From: an uncultured delta proteobacterium
GTDB taxonomy: Bacteria; Desulfobacterota; Binatia; Binatales; Binataceae
Length of the DNA stretch: 64,000 nucleotides
Direction of reading: 5' to 3'
Assembly: GCA_963711565.1 (NCBI GenBank)
Contig: CAVQEQ010000001.1
Location: 800,001-864,000, forward strand
In this document: positions 34,834 through 43,546 of the stretch, in pieces
How positions within the stretch are numbered: the first letter of the stretch is position 1
How the letters are laid out: the number at the start of each line of letters is the position of its first letter
Made by a program: the position numbers and the translations under genes
The notes under the pieces: model-generated
Database searches by the model: none
What the model was told of the DNA's origin: nothing
Seen by the model: the letters and a program-made list of their open reading frames with translations, nothing else

Positions 34834-35407
34834 GTGCTGGACCGGAAGATTTTTACCGGATTTGGCCAGAATGGAAATCAATACGCCAGTACTGATACCT
34901 ATTCGTACGACCAGGCGGATCGTCTGACGCAAATCGTGGACTCGCTCTATGGTACGATTAACCGCTCCTATGACGGCATGGATGATCTCATCGATGAACA
35001 GACACCGCTGGGCCAGATGAGCTATAGCTACGACGCCGCTCATCGGTTGTTATCAACGTCGGTCGATGGTCAGGCACCGATCACCTACAGCTATGACGGT
35101 GCCGATCATATGACCGGAATGACGCAGAGCGGCGGCTCGGCATCATTCGCTTACGATAGCGCCGGACGACAAACGCAAGCGGTACTACCCAACGGAGTTA
35201 CTGTGGCCTATAGCTACGATGTGGGACCCCGGATCAATGAGTTGACCTGGTCGAGTCCGCAGGGTCAGATCGGCAATCTCGGCTACGTGTATGATGCCGA
35301 TGGTCGCGTGATTCAGAAGACCGGTAGCTTCGCGCAGGTCGTTTTGCCGCAGACCATCGGCGGAAACAGCTTCAACGCTGCCAATCAGATGATGTCATTC
35401 AACGGTC
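34834..35407 (+). pseudogene. Rhs core fragment truncated at the att repeat (no tip)
   Basis: YD repeats end at NQMMSFNG immediately before 35408. Confidence 0.85.
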
Positions 35408-35456
35408 GATTCTCCGCAATGTCCGCAGACTTGGAGACTGAAATGTGGAGCAGAAG
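35408..35456. repeat. att-like 49-bp repeat overlapping the tRNA 3' end
   Basis: Partner of 24743-24791. Confidence 0.88.
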
Positions 35457-35518
35457 GGATTTGAACCCTCGACCCCTACGTTGCGAACGTAGTGCTCTCC
35501 CAGCTGAGCTACTGCCCC
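35446..35518 (-). tRNA. tRNA-Ala (anticodon CGC), CCA not encoded
   Basis: GGGGCAG/CTGCTCC acceptor with G3:U70; D arm GCTCAGCTGGGAGAGC; anticodon arm CTACG-TTCGCAA-CGTAG; T loop TTCAAAT. Confidence 0.96.
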
Positions 35519-35540
35519 ATCCCGTGGCGAGACGTGATTA

Positions 35541-36407
35541 CTATTGTGAGATAACCGACTTCAGGTAGGCTCGCAACCGGTCGGCCAGGTCCGGGCGCTT
35601 CAACCCGAAGCCGATTTGCGCCGAGATGAACCCGACGCGATCGCCCAGGTCGTAGCGGACGCCCTCGAACTCGTAGCCGTAAATTTTGCGCCGCGCAGTA
35701 AGCGCCATCAGCGCGTCGGTTAACTGGATTTCACCGCCGGCGCCCGGCTTGCCCGCGGCGAGCAATTCGAAAATGTCCGGGGTCAGCACGTAGCGTCCCA
35801 TGATCGCGAATTCGCTCGGCGCTTTTTCCGGCGGCGGTTTCTCGACCATCCCGCGAAGCTCGTACGTCCGATCGCCCGCGGCTTTCGCATCGACGATGCC
35901 GTACTTCGAGATTTCGCTGCGCGCGACCTTGAGCAGCGCCACCACCGGCGCGTCGCGCGTCTCGGCCACGTCGAGCAACTGGCGCAGGCACGGGCGCGGG
36001 CTATCGAAGATGTCGTCGGGGAGCATCACTGCGAACGGCTCGTTGCCGACCGCTTCGCGCGCTTGCAGCACTGCGTGACCGAGGCCGAGCGGATGCCGCT
36101 GCTCGGCGATCGTAATTCGCGCGGGACTGTTGCTCCGCCTAACGAGTTCGAGGATGTCGCGCTTGCCGCGCTCTTCGAGATGGCGCTCGAGTTCGAGGTT
36201 GGGCTTGAAGTGATCGACGACGGTGGTCTTGCCGAGGCTGATGACGAGGATGATTTCCTCGATGCCCGACGCAACCGCTTCCTCGACGACGACCTGGATC
36301 GCCGGCGTGTCGACCACCGGCAAAATTTCCTTGGGGACGACCTTCGACGAGGGGAGCATCCGCGTGCCCATTCCGGCCGCGAGGATGACAGCCTTTTTAA
36401 CTTTCAT
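35541..36407 (-). CDS. galU: UTP-glucose-1-phosphate uridylyltransferase
   Basis: KAVILAAGMGTRMLP, PKEILP, LGLGHAV, VEKP, GEIQLTDA. Confidence 0.95.
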   Translation of the reverse strand: MKVKKAVILAAGMGTRMLPSSKVVPKEILPVVDTPAIQVVVEEAVASGIEEIILVISLGKTTVVDHFKPNLELERHLEERGKRDILELVRRSNSPARITIAEQRHPLGLGHAVLQAREAVGNEPFAVMLPDDIFDSPRPCLRQLLDVAETRDAPVVALLKVARSEISKYGIVDAKAAGDRTYELRGMVEKPPPEKAPSEFAIMGRYVLTPDIFELLAAGKPGAGGEIQLTDALMALTARRKIYGYEFEGVRYDLGDRVGFISAQIGFGLKRPDLADRLRAYLKSVISQ

Positions 36408-36438
36408 AGCAGTGCGATTTTCCGGGTTGGTGACGCGC

Positions 36439-36816
36439 TCAGATCTTCGCCTCGCGCGCTTCCTGCGCGGATTTGCATGCGATGCACAGCGTGGTGACCG
36501 GGCGCGCCTTCAGCCGCTCGATTCCGATTTCGCCGTCGCATTCTTCGCATCGCCCGTACGAGCCGTCTTCGATCCGCGCGAATGCCTCGCTGATCTTGCT
36601 GAGCAGTTTGCGCTCGCGATCGCGCATCCGCAGCAGGAAATTGCGATCCGATTCGAGAGCGGCGCGGTCGGTCGGGTCCGCGGGGGCCTCGTCCGACTCG
36701 TGGTTCATGCTGCCGACCGCGCGCTCGGCTTCCTGAAGGATGTCGCGCTTGCGGCCTTCGAGCAATTTTCTGAAGAGCTTGAGGTCTCTTTGCCTCACGG
36801 TTGAAATATCTCTCAC
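36439..36816 (-). CDS. dksA: RNA polymerase-binding protein DksA
   Basis: DPTDRA coiled-coil tip; C4 zinc finger CEEC...RLKARP...CIAC. Confidence 0.92.
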   Translation of the reverse strand: MRDISTVRQRDLKLFRKLLEGRKRDILQEAERAVGSMNHESDEAPADPTDRAALESDRNFLLRMRDRERKLLSKISEAFARIEDGSYGRCEECDGEIGIERLKARPVTTLCIACKSAQEAREAKI

Positions 36817-36868
36817 AAGCCGAGTTTTTGATTCTATAGACGCCCTGCTACCATGTAAAGATTGCGCG

Positions 36869-38047
36869 ATGAAAACGGCTTATCTAGACGCGTTCTCCGG
36901 GCTCAGCGGCGACATGATCGTCGGCGCAATTCTGGATTGCGGCGCTGATTTTGGCGAGTTCGAGCGCGCGATCGAGTCGTTGCAAATTGCAGGCTACGTT
37001 CTCTCGACGCGACGCAAAACTTTGAGTGGAATCTCGGCGCTCAAATTCAACGTCGCCGTCACGGAGCCGCAGCCGGAGCGTCATGTCGGCGAGATTCGCG
37101 CCCTGATCGACTCATCGCCGCTGGCCGCCTCGGTCAAGCATCGGGCGATCTCGATCTTTGAGGTGCTCGCGCAGGCAGAGGCGAAGATTCACAACACGAC
37201 ACCCGACCGCGTTCACTTCCACGAAGTCGGCGCGGTTGATTCGATCATCGATATTGTCGGCACGGCCTGGGGTCTCGAGCAGCTCGGCGTCGGCGATGTG
37301 ATCGTGTCGCCGCTACCGATGGGTAACGGCTTCGCGCGCTCGCAGCACGGCGTCATTCCGGTTCCGGCGCCGGCGACGGCGGAGTTGCTGGCAGGATTCC
37401 CGCTGAAAATTGGCGACGGCACGCACGAGATGGTCACGCCTACCGGCGCGGCGGTGGTCCGCGCGCTCGCGCGTCCGGCGGAGATCCCGTTCAAGTTCGA
37501 AGTCGAGAAAATCGGCTACGGTGCAGGAACGCGTGAGCTGGAAGATCGGCCCAACGTGTTGCGGATGATGCTCGGGCGCGAGCGCGACGCGTTCGACAGC
37601 GACGAGATGATCGAGATTTCGGCGAATATCGACGATCTCAGTCCGCAGATTTACGACCACCTGATGCAGCGGTTGTTCGACGCAGGCGCGCGCGACGTCA
37701 CGCTGACGCCGACGATGATGAAGAAGAGCCAGGCGGTGACCCTCGGCGTCATTGCAGAGACCGCGAGTCGCGATGCGCTCGCGGAGATTATTTTTGCGGA
37801 GACCTCGACAATCGGCCTCAGGTTTCATGCTGTCGCGCGGTTGAAATTGCATCGCGAGATTCACGAGGTCGAGACGCGATGGGGCAAAGTTCGCGTCAAG
37901 ACGTCGGGCGCGAATGGTGGCGCGCCAACCACGATCTCGCCGGAATACGACGACTGCCGGCGAATTGCCGCGAAGCATAAAGTGGCGTTGCGCGTGGTGA
38001 TGGACGAGGCGCGGGACGCGGCGCGAACGCCGAAATCGGTTTCCTGA
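36869..38047 (+). CDS. larC: Nickel pincer cofactor biosynthesis protein LarC family
   Basis: AYLDAFSGLSGDM, VHFHEVGAVDSIIDIVG, PVPAPAT, PEYDDC; start placed at ATG 36869. Confidence 0.92.
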   Translation: MKTAYLDAFSGLSGDMIVGAILDCGADFGEFERAIESLQIAGYVLSTRRKTLSGISALKFNVAVTEPQPERHVGEIRALIDSSPLAASVKHRAISIFEVLAQAEAKIHNTTPDRVHFHEVGAVDSIIDIVGTAWGLEQLGVGDVIVSPLPMGNGFARSQHGVIPVPAPATAELLAGFPLKIGDGTHEMVTPTGAAVVRALARPAEIPFKFEVEKIGYGAGTRELEDRPNVLRMMLGRERDAFDSDEMIEISANIDDLSPQIYDHLMQRLFDAGARDVTLTPTMMKKSQAVTLGVIAETASRDALAEIIFAETSTIGLRFHAVARLKLHREIHEVETRWGKVRVKTSGANGGAPTTISPEYDDCRRIAAKHKVALRVVMDEARDAARTPKSVS

Positions 38048-38052
38048 AAAGA

Positions 38053-38706
38053 ATGACTTCCGAACGGCTGCACATCAACGAGATTTTTTACAGCATCCAG
38101 GGCGAATCGACGCACGCGGGCCGTCCGTGCGTGTTCGTGCGGCTCACTGGATGCAACCTGCGATGCAAATGGTGCGACACCGAGTACGCATTCTACGAGG
38201 GCCGGCGAATGCCGATCGCCGAGGTCGCCGAAATAATTCGCGGCTACCAATGCGACCTGGTCGAAGTAACCGGCGGCGAACCGCTGCTGCAGGAGGGCGT
38301 GTATCCGCTGACGGAAGCGATGCTCGCATCCGGCGCGATGGTGATGATCGAAACCTCGGGATCGATTGACGTAAGCAAGCTCGACCCGCGCGTCATCAAG
38401 ATCATGGACCTCAAGTGTCCCGGCAGCGGCGAATGCGAGCGCAATCTGTGGAGCAACCTCGAACATCTGACGATGCGCGACGAGATCAAATTCGTCGTCA
38501 GCGATCGTGCTGATTACGAATGGGCACGCGACGCGATCACCACGCGCGGTCTTGCCGGTCGCGCAGGCGCGTTACTGCTGAGTCCTGTCTATGGACAACT
38601 CGAACCGGCCGCGCTGGCGGCCTGGATACTCGAGGATCGATTGCCGGCGCGAATGCAGTTGCAAATGCACAAGCAGATCTGGCCGGGTATTTCGCGCGGC
38701 GTGTGA
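38053..38706 (+). CDS. queE: 7-carboxy-7-deazaguanine synthase, radical SAM
   Basis: EIFYSIQGES, FVRLTGCNLRCKWCDT, QMHKQIW. Confidence 0.92.
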   Translation: MTSERLHINEIFYSIQGESTHAGRPCVFVRLTGCNLRCKWCDTEYAFYEGRRMPIAEVAEIIRGYQCDLVEVTGGEPLLQEGVYPLTEAMLASGAMVMIETSGSIDVSKLDPRVIKIMDLKCPGSGECERNLWSNLEHLTMRDEIKFVVSDRADYEWARDAITTRGLAGRAGALLLSPVYGQLEPAALAAWILEDRLPARMQLQMHKQIWPGISRGV

Positions 38707-38733
38707 TCGCGTGTGAGCCGCTGACCTCTCACC

Positions 38734-40311
38734 TCAGGCGGGGGCGTCCACTGTTAATTGCGGGGCGCGCGCGGGCGGCAGATTCGCGTAGAGGTCGGCG
38801 ATCAGATCGGACTTGAGCCTGGCGTGGCCGGCGTCGTTCCAGAGATTGCGCCATTGCAACGGGTCCTCGCGCAGATCGTAGAGCTCGCCCTCGGTGCCGT
38901 CGTAGCGGATGTCGGGGAGCGGACCCTTGACTCCAAGCGCCTGGTAGCCGAACGAAAGATCGAAGCCGACGTTGCGGGTCGAAGGCTCGTACACGGTGCA
39001 TACAAAACCGTCGCGATAGATGCTGCGCAGATGCATCCCGAGCTGCGCGAACTGGCTGTCCCATTCGGTGATCGCGCGCACGCGCGGCGAGCCGCCGGCA
39101 GTGGGCAGCGCGGAACCCTGCATCCAGTCGGGGATCGGCGCACCGGCAATCGCACAGAAGGTCGGCGCGAGATCGAGATGTCCAACCGGCTCGGAGATTT
39201 CCGCGGCGGACATTTTGGCCGAAGGTGCCGGGCGCCAGATGAGCGGCACGCGCATCAGAGCGTCAACGTGATACGGGCCTTTGAAAAGCAGGCCGAAGTC
39301 GCCCTGCAGCTCGCCATGATCGGTGGTGAAAAAAACGTCGGTATCGGCGTCCCATCCGCGCGCGGCGACGGTGGCGAGCACGCGGCCGCATGCTTCGTCG
39401 ATGAGTTCGTTCTTGACGTGGACGAGCGCGTTGATCTCGCGCACCTGGTCGTGAGTCATCTGGCACGGCACGAAGTTCCAGGCGCCGCCCTCCTCGTTGC
39501 GGAAGCGGCCCTGGTACCAATCGAGCCAATGGCGTGGCTTCTGCGCGAGAATCTTTTCGATCTTCTCGCGCGAGCCGGGATGGCCGGGCGGGAGATCGAG
39601 ATCCCGCCAGTTGATTCGACGCGCCTCAGACGCTGGAGGATCCCACGGATGATGCGGATCGGGGAAGCTCATCCACACGAACCAGTCGTCGGTCGGAGAG
39701 AGCGTGTTCAGATATGCGATGGTGCGGTCGGCAATCCAGTCGGTGTGATAGTGCTCGCGCGGAATCGGATTGTACGCAACTTCGGGCGCGCCGCTGTCGC
39801 CACCGGCGACGCCGGAGAGCATCGTGACGAAGCCTTTAACCTCGTCGGGATAGTTTTCGCGCAGCCAGTTCGAGTAGTGGAAGTACGCCATCGGCCCGTG
39901 CATCGCGAGCTCCATCCAATCGAAGCCGCGATGCGGTCCGTGCGAGCGCTCGCGGCCCATGCGGTTCTCGGGCCATCGACCGCTGGGATCGAACATCGGC
40001 TCGAAGTGCGCCTTGCCGATGAGCGCCGTGCGATAACCGGCGCGATCGTGAAGCCATGCGGCGACGCTCGGCGCGTCGGCGGGAAGAGGCACGCCGTTGG
40101 CGAATACGCCGTGAGTGCGCACGTACTGGCCGGTGATCATGGTCGAGCGCGCGGGCATGCAGACAGTGTTTTGATTGTAGGCGCAATGATAGTTGATGCC
40201 GGCGGCGGCGAGCGAATCGGCGACGGGCGTGCGCGCGATGCGGCCGCCGTTGCATCCGAGCGAGTCGTAACGCTGCTGATCGGTGGTGATAAAAAGAATC
40301 TTGCGGCCCAT
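38734..40311 (-). CDS. Cys-type sulfatase family protein
   Basis: ITTDQQR, CMPARSTMITG, GKAH, DHG. Confidence 0.92.
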   Translation of the reverse strand: MGRKILFITTDQQRYDSLGCNGGRIARTPVADSLAAAGINYHCAYNQNTVCMPARSTMITGQYVRTHGVFANGVPLPADAPSVAAWLHDRAGYRTALIGKAHFEPMFDPSGRWPENRMGRERSHGPHRGFDWMELAMHGPMAYFHYSNWLRENYPDEVKGFVTMLSGVAGGDSGAPEVAYNPIPREHYHTDWIADRTIAYLNTLSPTDDWFVWMSFPDPHHPWDPPASEARRINWRDLDLPPGHPGSREKIEKILAQKPRHWLDWYQGRFRNEEGGAWNFVPCQMTHDQVREINALVHVKNELIDEACGRVLATVAARGWDADTDVFFTTDHGELQGDFGLLFKGPYHVDALMRVPLIWRPAPSAKMSAAEISEPVGHLDLAPTFCAIAGAPIPDWMQGSALPTAGGSPRVRAITEWDSQFAQLGMHLRSIYRDGFVCTVYEPSTRNVGFDLSFGYQALGVKGPLPDIRYDGTEGELYDLREDPLQWRNLWNDAGHARLKSDLIADLYANLPPARAPQLTVDAPA

Positions 40312-40430
40312 CGCGACAGATTACAGTTACAGTGCAAATACGATCAACCGGAGAGAGAATCGCGAACGCGGGGGTTTGACGAGCGAATGATCAACCCTGA
40401 TACAGTAGGCGGTGAACAAGGAGAACCATC

Positions 40431-41516
40431 ATGCGCGCAGCAATAATGCGAGACAAAACACTCGTCGTCGATAATATTCCCACACCGGCTCCTGGAGCGG
40501 GCGAAGCACTGGTCAAAACGCTCGCCTGCGGAATCTGCGGGTCCGATCTGCACACGCTAAAGCATGCGGACAGGATGGCCGAAGCATCGCGAAAATCCGG
40601 CTCGCCGTTCGCGATGGATCTCAAGCGCGACATCGTGATGGGCCACGAATTCTGCGCGGAAGTAGTCGACTACGGGCCGGATACGCAGAAGCGATTGAAA
40701 GTCGGGACGCGCGTGTGCGCGATGCCGGTGTTGATCAGCGCTCGCGGTGTCGAGGCGGTCGGCTACTCGAACGACAATCCCGGCGGCTACGGCGAGCTGA
40801 TGCGGCTGACGGAATTTCTGCTGCTCGAAGTGCCTAACGGGCTCTCGACCGAGCGCGCGGCGCTGACGGAGCCGATGGCGGTCGGCTATCACGCGGTGCA
40901 GAAGGCGCGGCTCGGCAAAGATGACGCGCCGCTGGTGATCGGATGCGGGCCGGTCGGACTGGCGGTGATTGCCGCGCTCAAATTTAACGGTGTGCATCCG
41001 ATCGTCGCGGCGGACTTCTCCCCGCGACGGCGCGAGCTGGCGCTGCAGATGGGCGCGGACTTCGTCGTCGATCCAAAAGAGAATTCGCCGTACCAAAGCT
41101 GGCGCGAGATGGCAGTGTACAGCGACCCGTCGAAGGCGCCGATGCTGCCGCCATGGATGCCGGGACCGGCCGTCAGGCCTGCGGTGATTTTCGAATGCGT
41201 GGGCGTGCCGGGCGTGATCGACGGGATAATGTCGGCGGCGCCGGGCAACGCGCGGATCGTGGTCGTCGGAGTGTGCATGGAGCGCGATCACATCGAGCCG
41301 CTGACTGGAATCAGCAAAGAGCTGAACATCCAGTTCGTGCTGGGCTACGCGCCCGACGAATTCGCGGCGACGCTGAGCCATCTCGCCGAGGGGCAAGTCA
41401 ACGCCGACCCGCTGATCACGGGCAAGGTTGGAGTGGAAGGAGTAGCGAAGGCGTTCGAGGATCTCGCGTCACCGGAGACGCATGCGAAGATCCTCGTTGA
41501 GCCGTGGCGTAGCTGA
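40431..41516 (+). CDS. Zinc-binding medium-chain dehydrogenase
   Basis: CGICGSDLH, GHEF, GCGPVG. Confidence 0.92.
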   Translation: MRAAIMRDKTLVVDNIPTPAPGAGEALVKTLACGICGSDLHTLKHADRMAEASRKSGSPFAMDLKRDIVMGHEFCAEVVDYGPDTQKRLKVGTRVCAMPVLISARGVEAVGYSNDNPGGYGELMRLTEFLLLEVPNGLSTERAALTEPMAVGYHAVQKARLGKDDAPLVIGCGPVGLAVIAALKFNGVHPIVAADFSPRRRELALQMGADFVVDPKENSPYQSWREMAVYSDPSKAPMLPPWMPGPAVRPAVIFECVGVPGVIDGIMSAAPGNARIVVVGVCMERDHIEPLTGISKELNIQFVLGYAPDEFAATLSHLAEGQVNADPLITGKVGVEGVAKAFEDLASPETHAKILVEPWRS

Positions 41517-41530
41517 GGACCGGCCGCGTT

Positions 41531-42694
41531 TCAATGAAATAAGCGGTGTGAGGCGAGATCGGCGCCGGCGCGCATCGCACGCAACTTTGCCCACGCGATT
41601 TCCTCCGCGACTTCACCGAGTCCGGCCGAAGTTTCGAAGCCGCAATCGGTTCCGGCCATCACGCGGCGCGGATCGCCGATCGCATTGGCGGCTCGCTCCA
41701 GGCGGTCGGCGACAACCTCGTGATGTTCGACGTAGTTGGTCTTGGTATCGATGACTCCAGTGACCAGGCTCATGTGATCAGGGAGCGGGAATTCCTTGAA
41801 GCATCGATATTCGTGCTGATGGCGCGGGTTCGCGGCCTCCAGCACGAGCGCGCCGACGTTGGCCTGGTAGAGGATCGGCAGAATCTGCGCCAGCGGCACG
41901 TCGAGATCGTGCGGCGCTTCGTAGTTGCCCCAGCATACGTGCATGCGGACGCGATCCGGCGCGATTCCGTGCAGTGCGCGATTCATCGCGGTGATATTCA
42001 GTTCGACGTACTCGAGGAAATCGGTGAGCGGACGGTCGGCGTATGACGTGTGCCGCTCCATCGCGAGGTCGGGACAATCGACCTGAAGCACAAATCCTTT
42101 CGATACTATGTACTCATACTCAGTATGTAATGCTTTGGCTACTGCGATTACATACTTTTCATAATTCTCGTAATACTCATTGAGCATTGCCGACGCGATT
42201 ATTCCCGGCGACGGCGCAGTCATGAAGGGCTCGGCAAATTTGTCGGGCTGATCGTCCAGAATACGCAGAGTGTCCTCGCATTCGAGCTCGACGGCGGCGC
42301 GGTCGCGGTAATGAACCTCGCCAATCGCCTTCGGCGCGTGGAGCAGATCGACCATCGAGCGTTGGAACATCGGCGCCATCATCTTGCGGAAGCTCGCGTA
42401 GCGAACCAGATCGCGCATGATGGGCCGCTCGCTTCGTCCGCCAAAGCCGGTCATTCGATGCTGCACGTAGGTGACGAAGCTTTCGCGCGATTGTTCGCCG
42501 TTGTTGCCGACATCGATTCCCGCCTCGAGTTGCTTGTGTACGACGTAGCGAGTGGATTCCTCGATCTCGCGGAGCATCGCGGCGCGATCGACTTCTTCGC
42601 CGCGACTGGTCTTCACCAGCATCGCGGTCAAACTCTCCGGGCGCGGCAGGCTCCCGGCGTGCGTGGTTAGAATACGGTTCTCGCTGCGAAGCAT
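41531..42694 (-). CDS. Cobalamin-independent methionine synthase II family protein
   Basis: TTHAGSLPRP, HVCWGNYE, AGTDCGF. Confidence 0.92.
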   Translation of the reverse strand: MLRSENRILTTHAGSLPRPESLTAMLVKTSRGEEVDRAAMLREIEESTRYVVHKQLEAGIDVGNNGEQSRESFVTYVQHRMTGFGGRSERPIMRDLVRYASFRKMMAPMFQRSMVDLLHAPKAIGEVHYRDRAAVELECEDTLRILDDQPDKFAEPFMTAPSPGIIASAMLNEYYENYEKYVIAVAKALHTEYEYIVSKGFVLQVDCPDLAMERHTSYADRPLTDFLEYVELNITAMNRALHGIAPDRVRMHVCWGNYEAPHDLDVPLAQILPILYQANVGALVLEAANPRHQHEYRCFKEFPLPDHMSLVTGVIDTKTNYVEHHEVVADRLERAANAIGDPRRVMAGTDCGFETSAGLGEVAEEIAWAKLRAMRAGADLASHRLFH

Positions 42695-42817
42695 TGTGTT
42701 GCCTCCCCGATTCGTTCGCTGGTTCGCGCTGCAACATATTGGTAGATCACGAGCGACGGTGCCACAATCGCGGCGAAGTCGATGGAAAGAGATTGAGCGA
42801 TTACAAGGAGGCTAGCG

Positions 42818-43546
42818 ATGCCAACGTTCAAGCGCGCCAACGTCTCGATATACTATGAGGAGTACGGGACCGGCTATCCGATTCTGCTGTTTGCACCGGG
42901 CGGGATGCGCTCGAGTATCGAGTTCTGGGCCAACAGCCCGTTCGATCCGACCAAAGAACTCGCGGCCGACTTCCGCGTGATCGCGATGGATCAGCGCAAT
43001 GCCGGCAAGTCGAGCGGGCCGATCACCGCTGACGACGGATGGCATACCTATACCGGCGATCACATCGCGTTGCTCGACCATCTCGGGATCAAGAATTGCC
43101 ACGTGATGGGCGGGTGTATCGGCGGGTCTTATTCTCTCGGAATGATCGAGGCCGCGCCGCAAAGAGTCAGCGCCGCGATTCTGCAGAATCCAATCGGCCT
43201 CAGTCCGCGCAATCGCGAAATGTTCTTCGCGATGTTCGACGGCTGGGCGCAAGCGCTGAAAGCAGACCGTCCGAAGCTTACCGATGCGGCGCTGCGGCAG
43301 TTCCGCGACCGGATGTACGGCACCGATTTCGTCTTCAACGTTTCGCGCGAATTCGTGCGTTCCTGCAAAACACCGATGCTGATTCTATCCGGCAATGACG
43401 ATTATCATCCCAAGGAAACCTCGAAGGAGATCGCCGCGCTCGCGCCGAACGCCGAACTTGTCGAGAACTGGAAGACACCTGACGTGATCGGCGCGACCGT
43501 GAAGCGCGTGCGCGAATTCCTGATCTCGCACATGCCGAAGAGTTAG
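42818..43546 (+). CDS. Alpha/beta fold hydrolase (Cys at the nucleophile elbow)
   Basis: IYYEEYGTG, MDQRNAG, GGCIGG. Confidence 0.88.
   Translation: MPTFKRANVSIYYEEYGTGYPILLFAPGGMRSSIEFWANSPFDPTKELAADFRVIAMDQRNAGKSSGPITADDGWHTYTGDHIALLDHLGIKNCHVMGGCIGGSYSLGMIEAAPQRVSAAILQNPIGLSPRNREMFFAMFDGWAQALKADRPKLTDAALRQFRDRMYGTDFVFNVSREFVRSCKTPMLILSGNDDYHPKETSKEIAALAPNAELVENWKTPDVIGATVKRVREFLISHMPKS

Larger units (their letters stand above)
24743..35456. mobile_element. Integrase-less tRNA-Ala island remnant carrying the plus-strand Rhs cassette array
   Basis: Flanked by direct repeats containing the tRNA 3' end; lower GC; no recombinase ORF inside. Confidence 0.7.

Noticed and set aside
11755-35407. 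Repeats interpreted as a CRISPR array, DGR or integron
   Set aside because: The repeats are Rhs coding homology. I saw no regular repeat-spacer unit, reverse transcriptase, integron integrase or attC pattern.
38758-40446. 562-aa plus-strand ORF (likewise 7844-9241 and 22854-24317)
   Set aside because: Antisense shadows of well-supported genes in high-GC DNA
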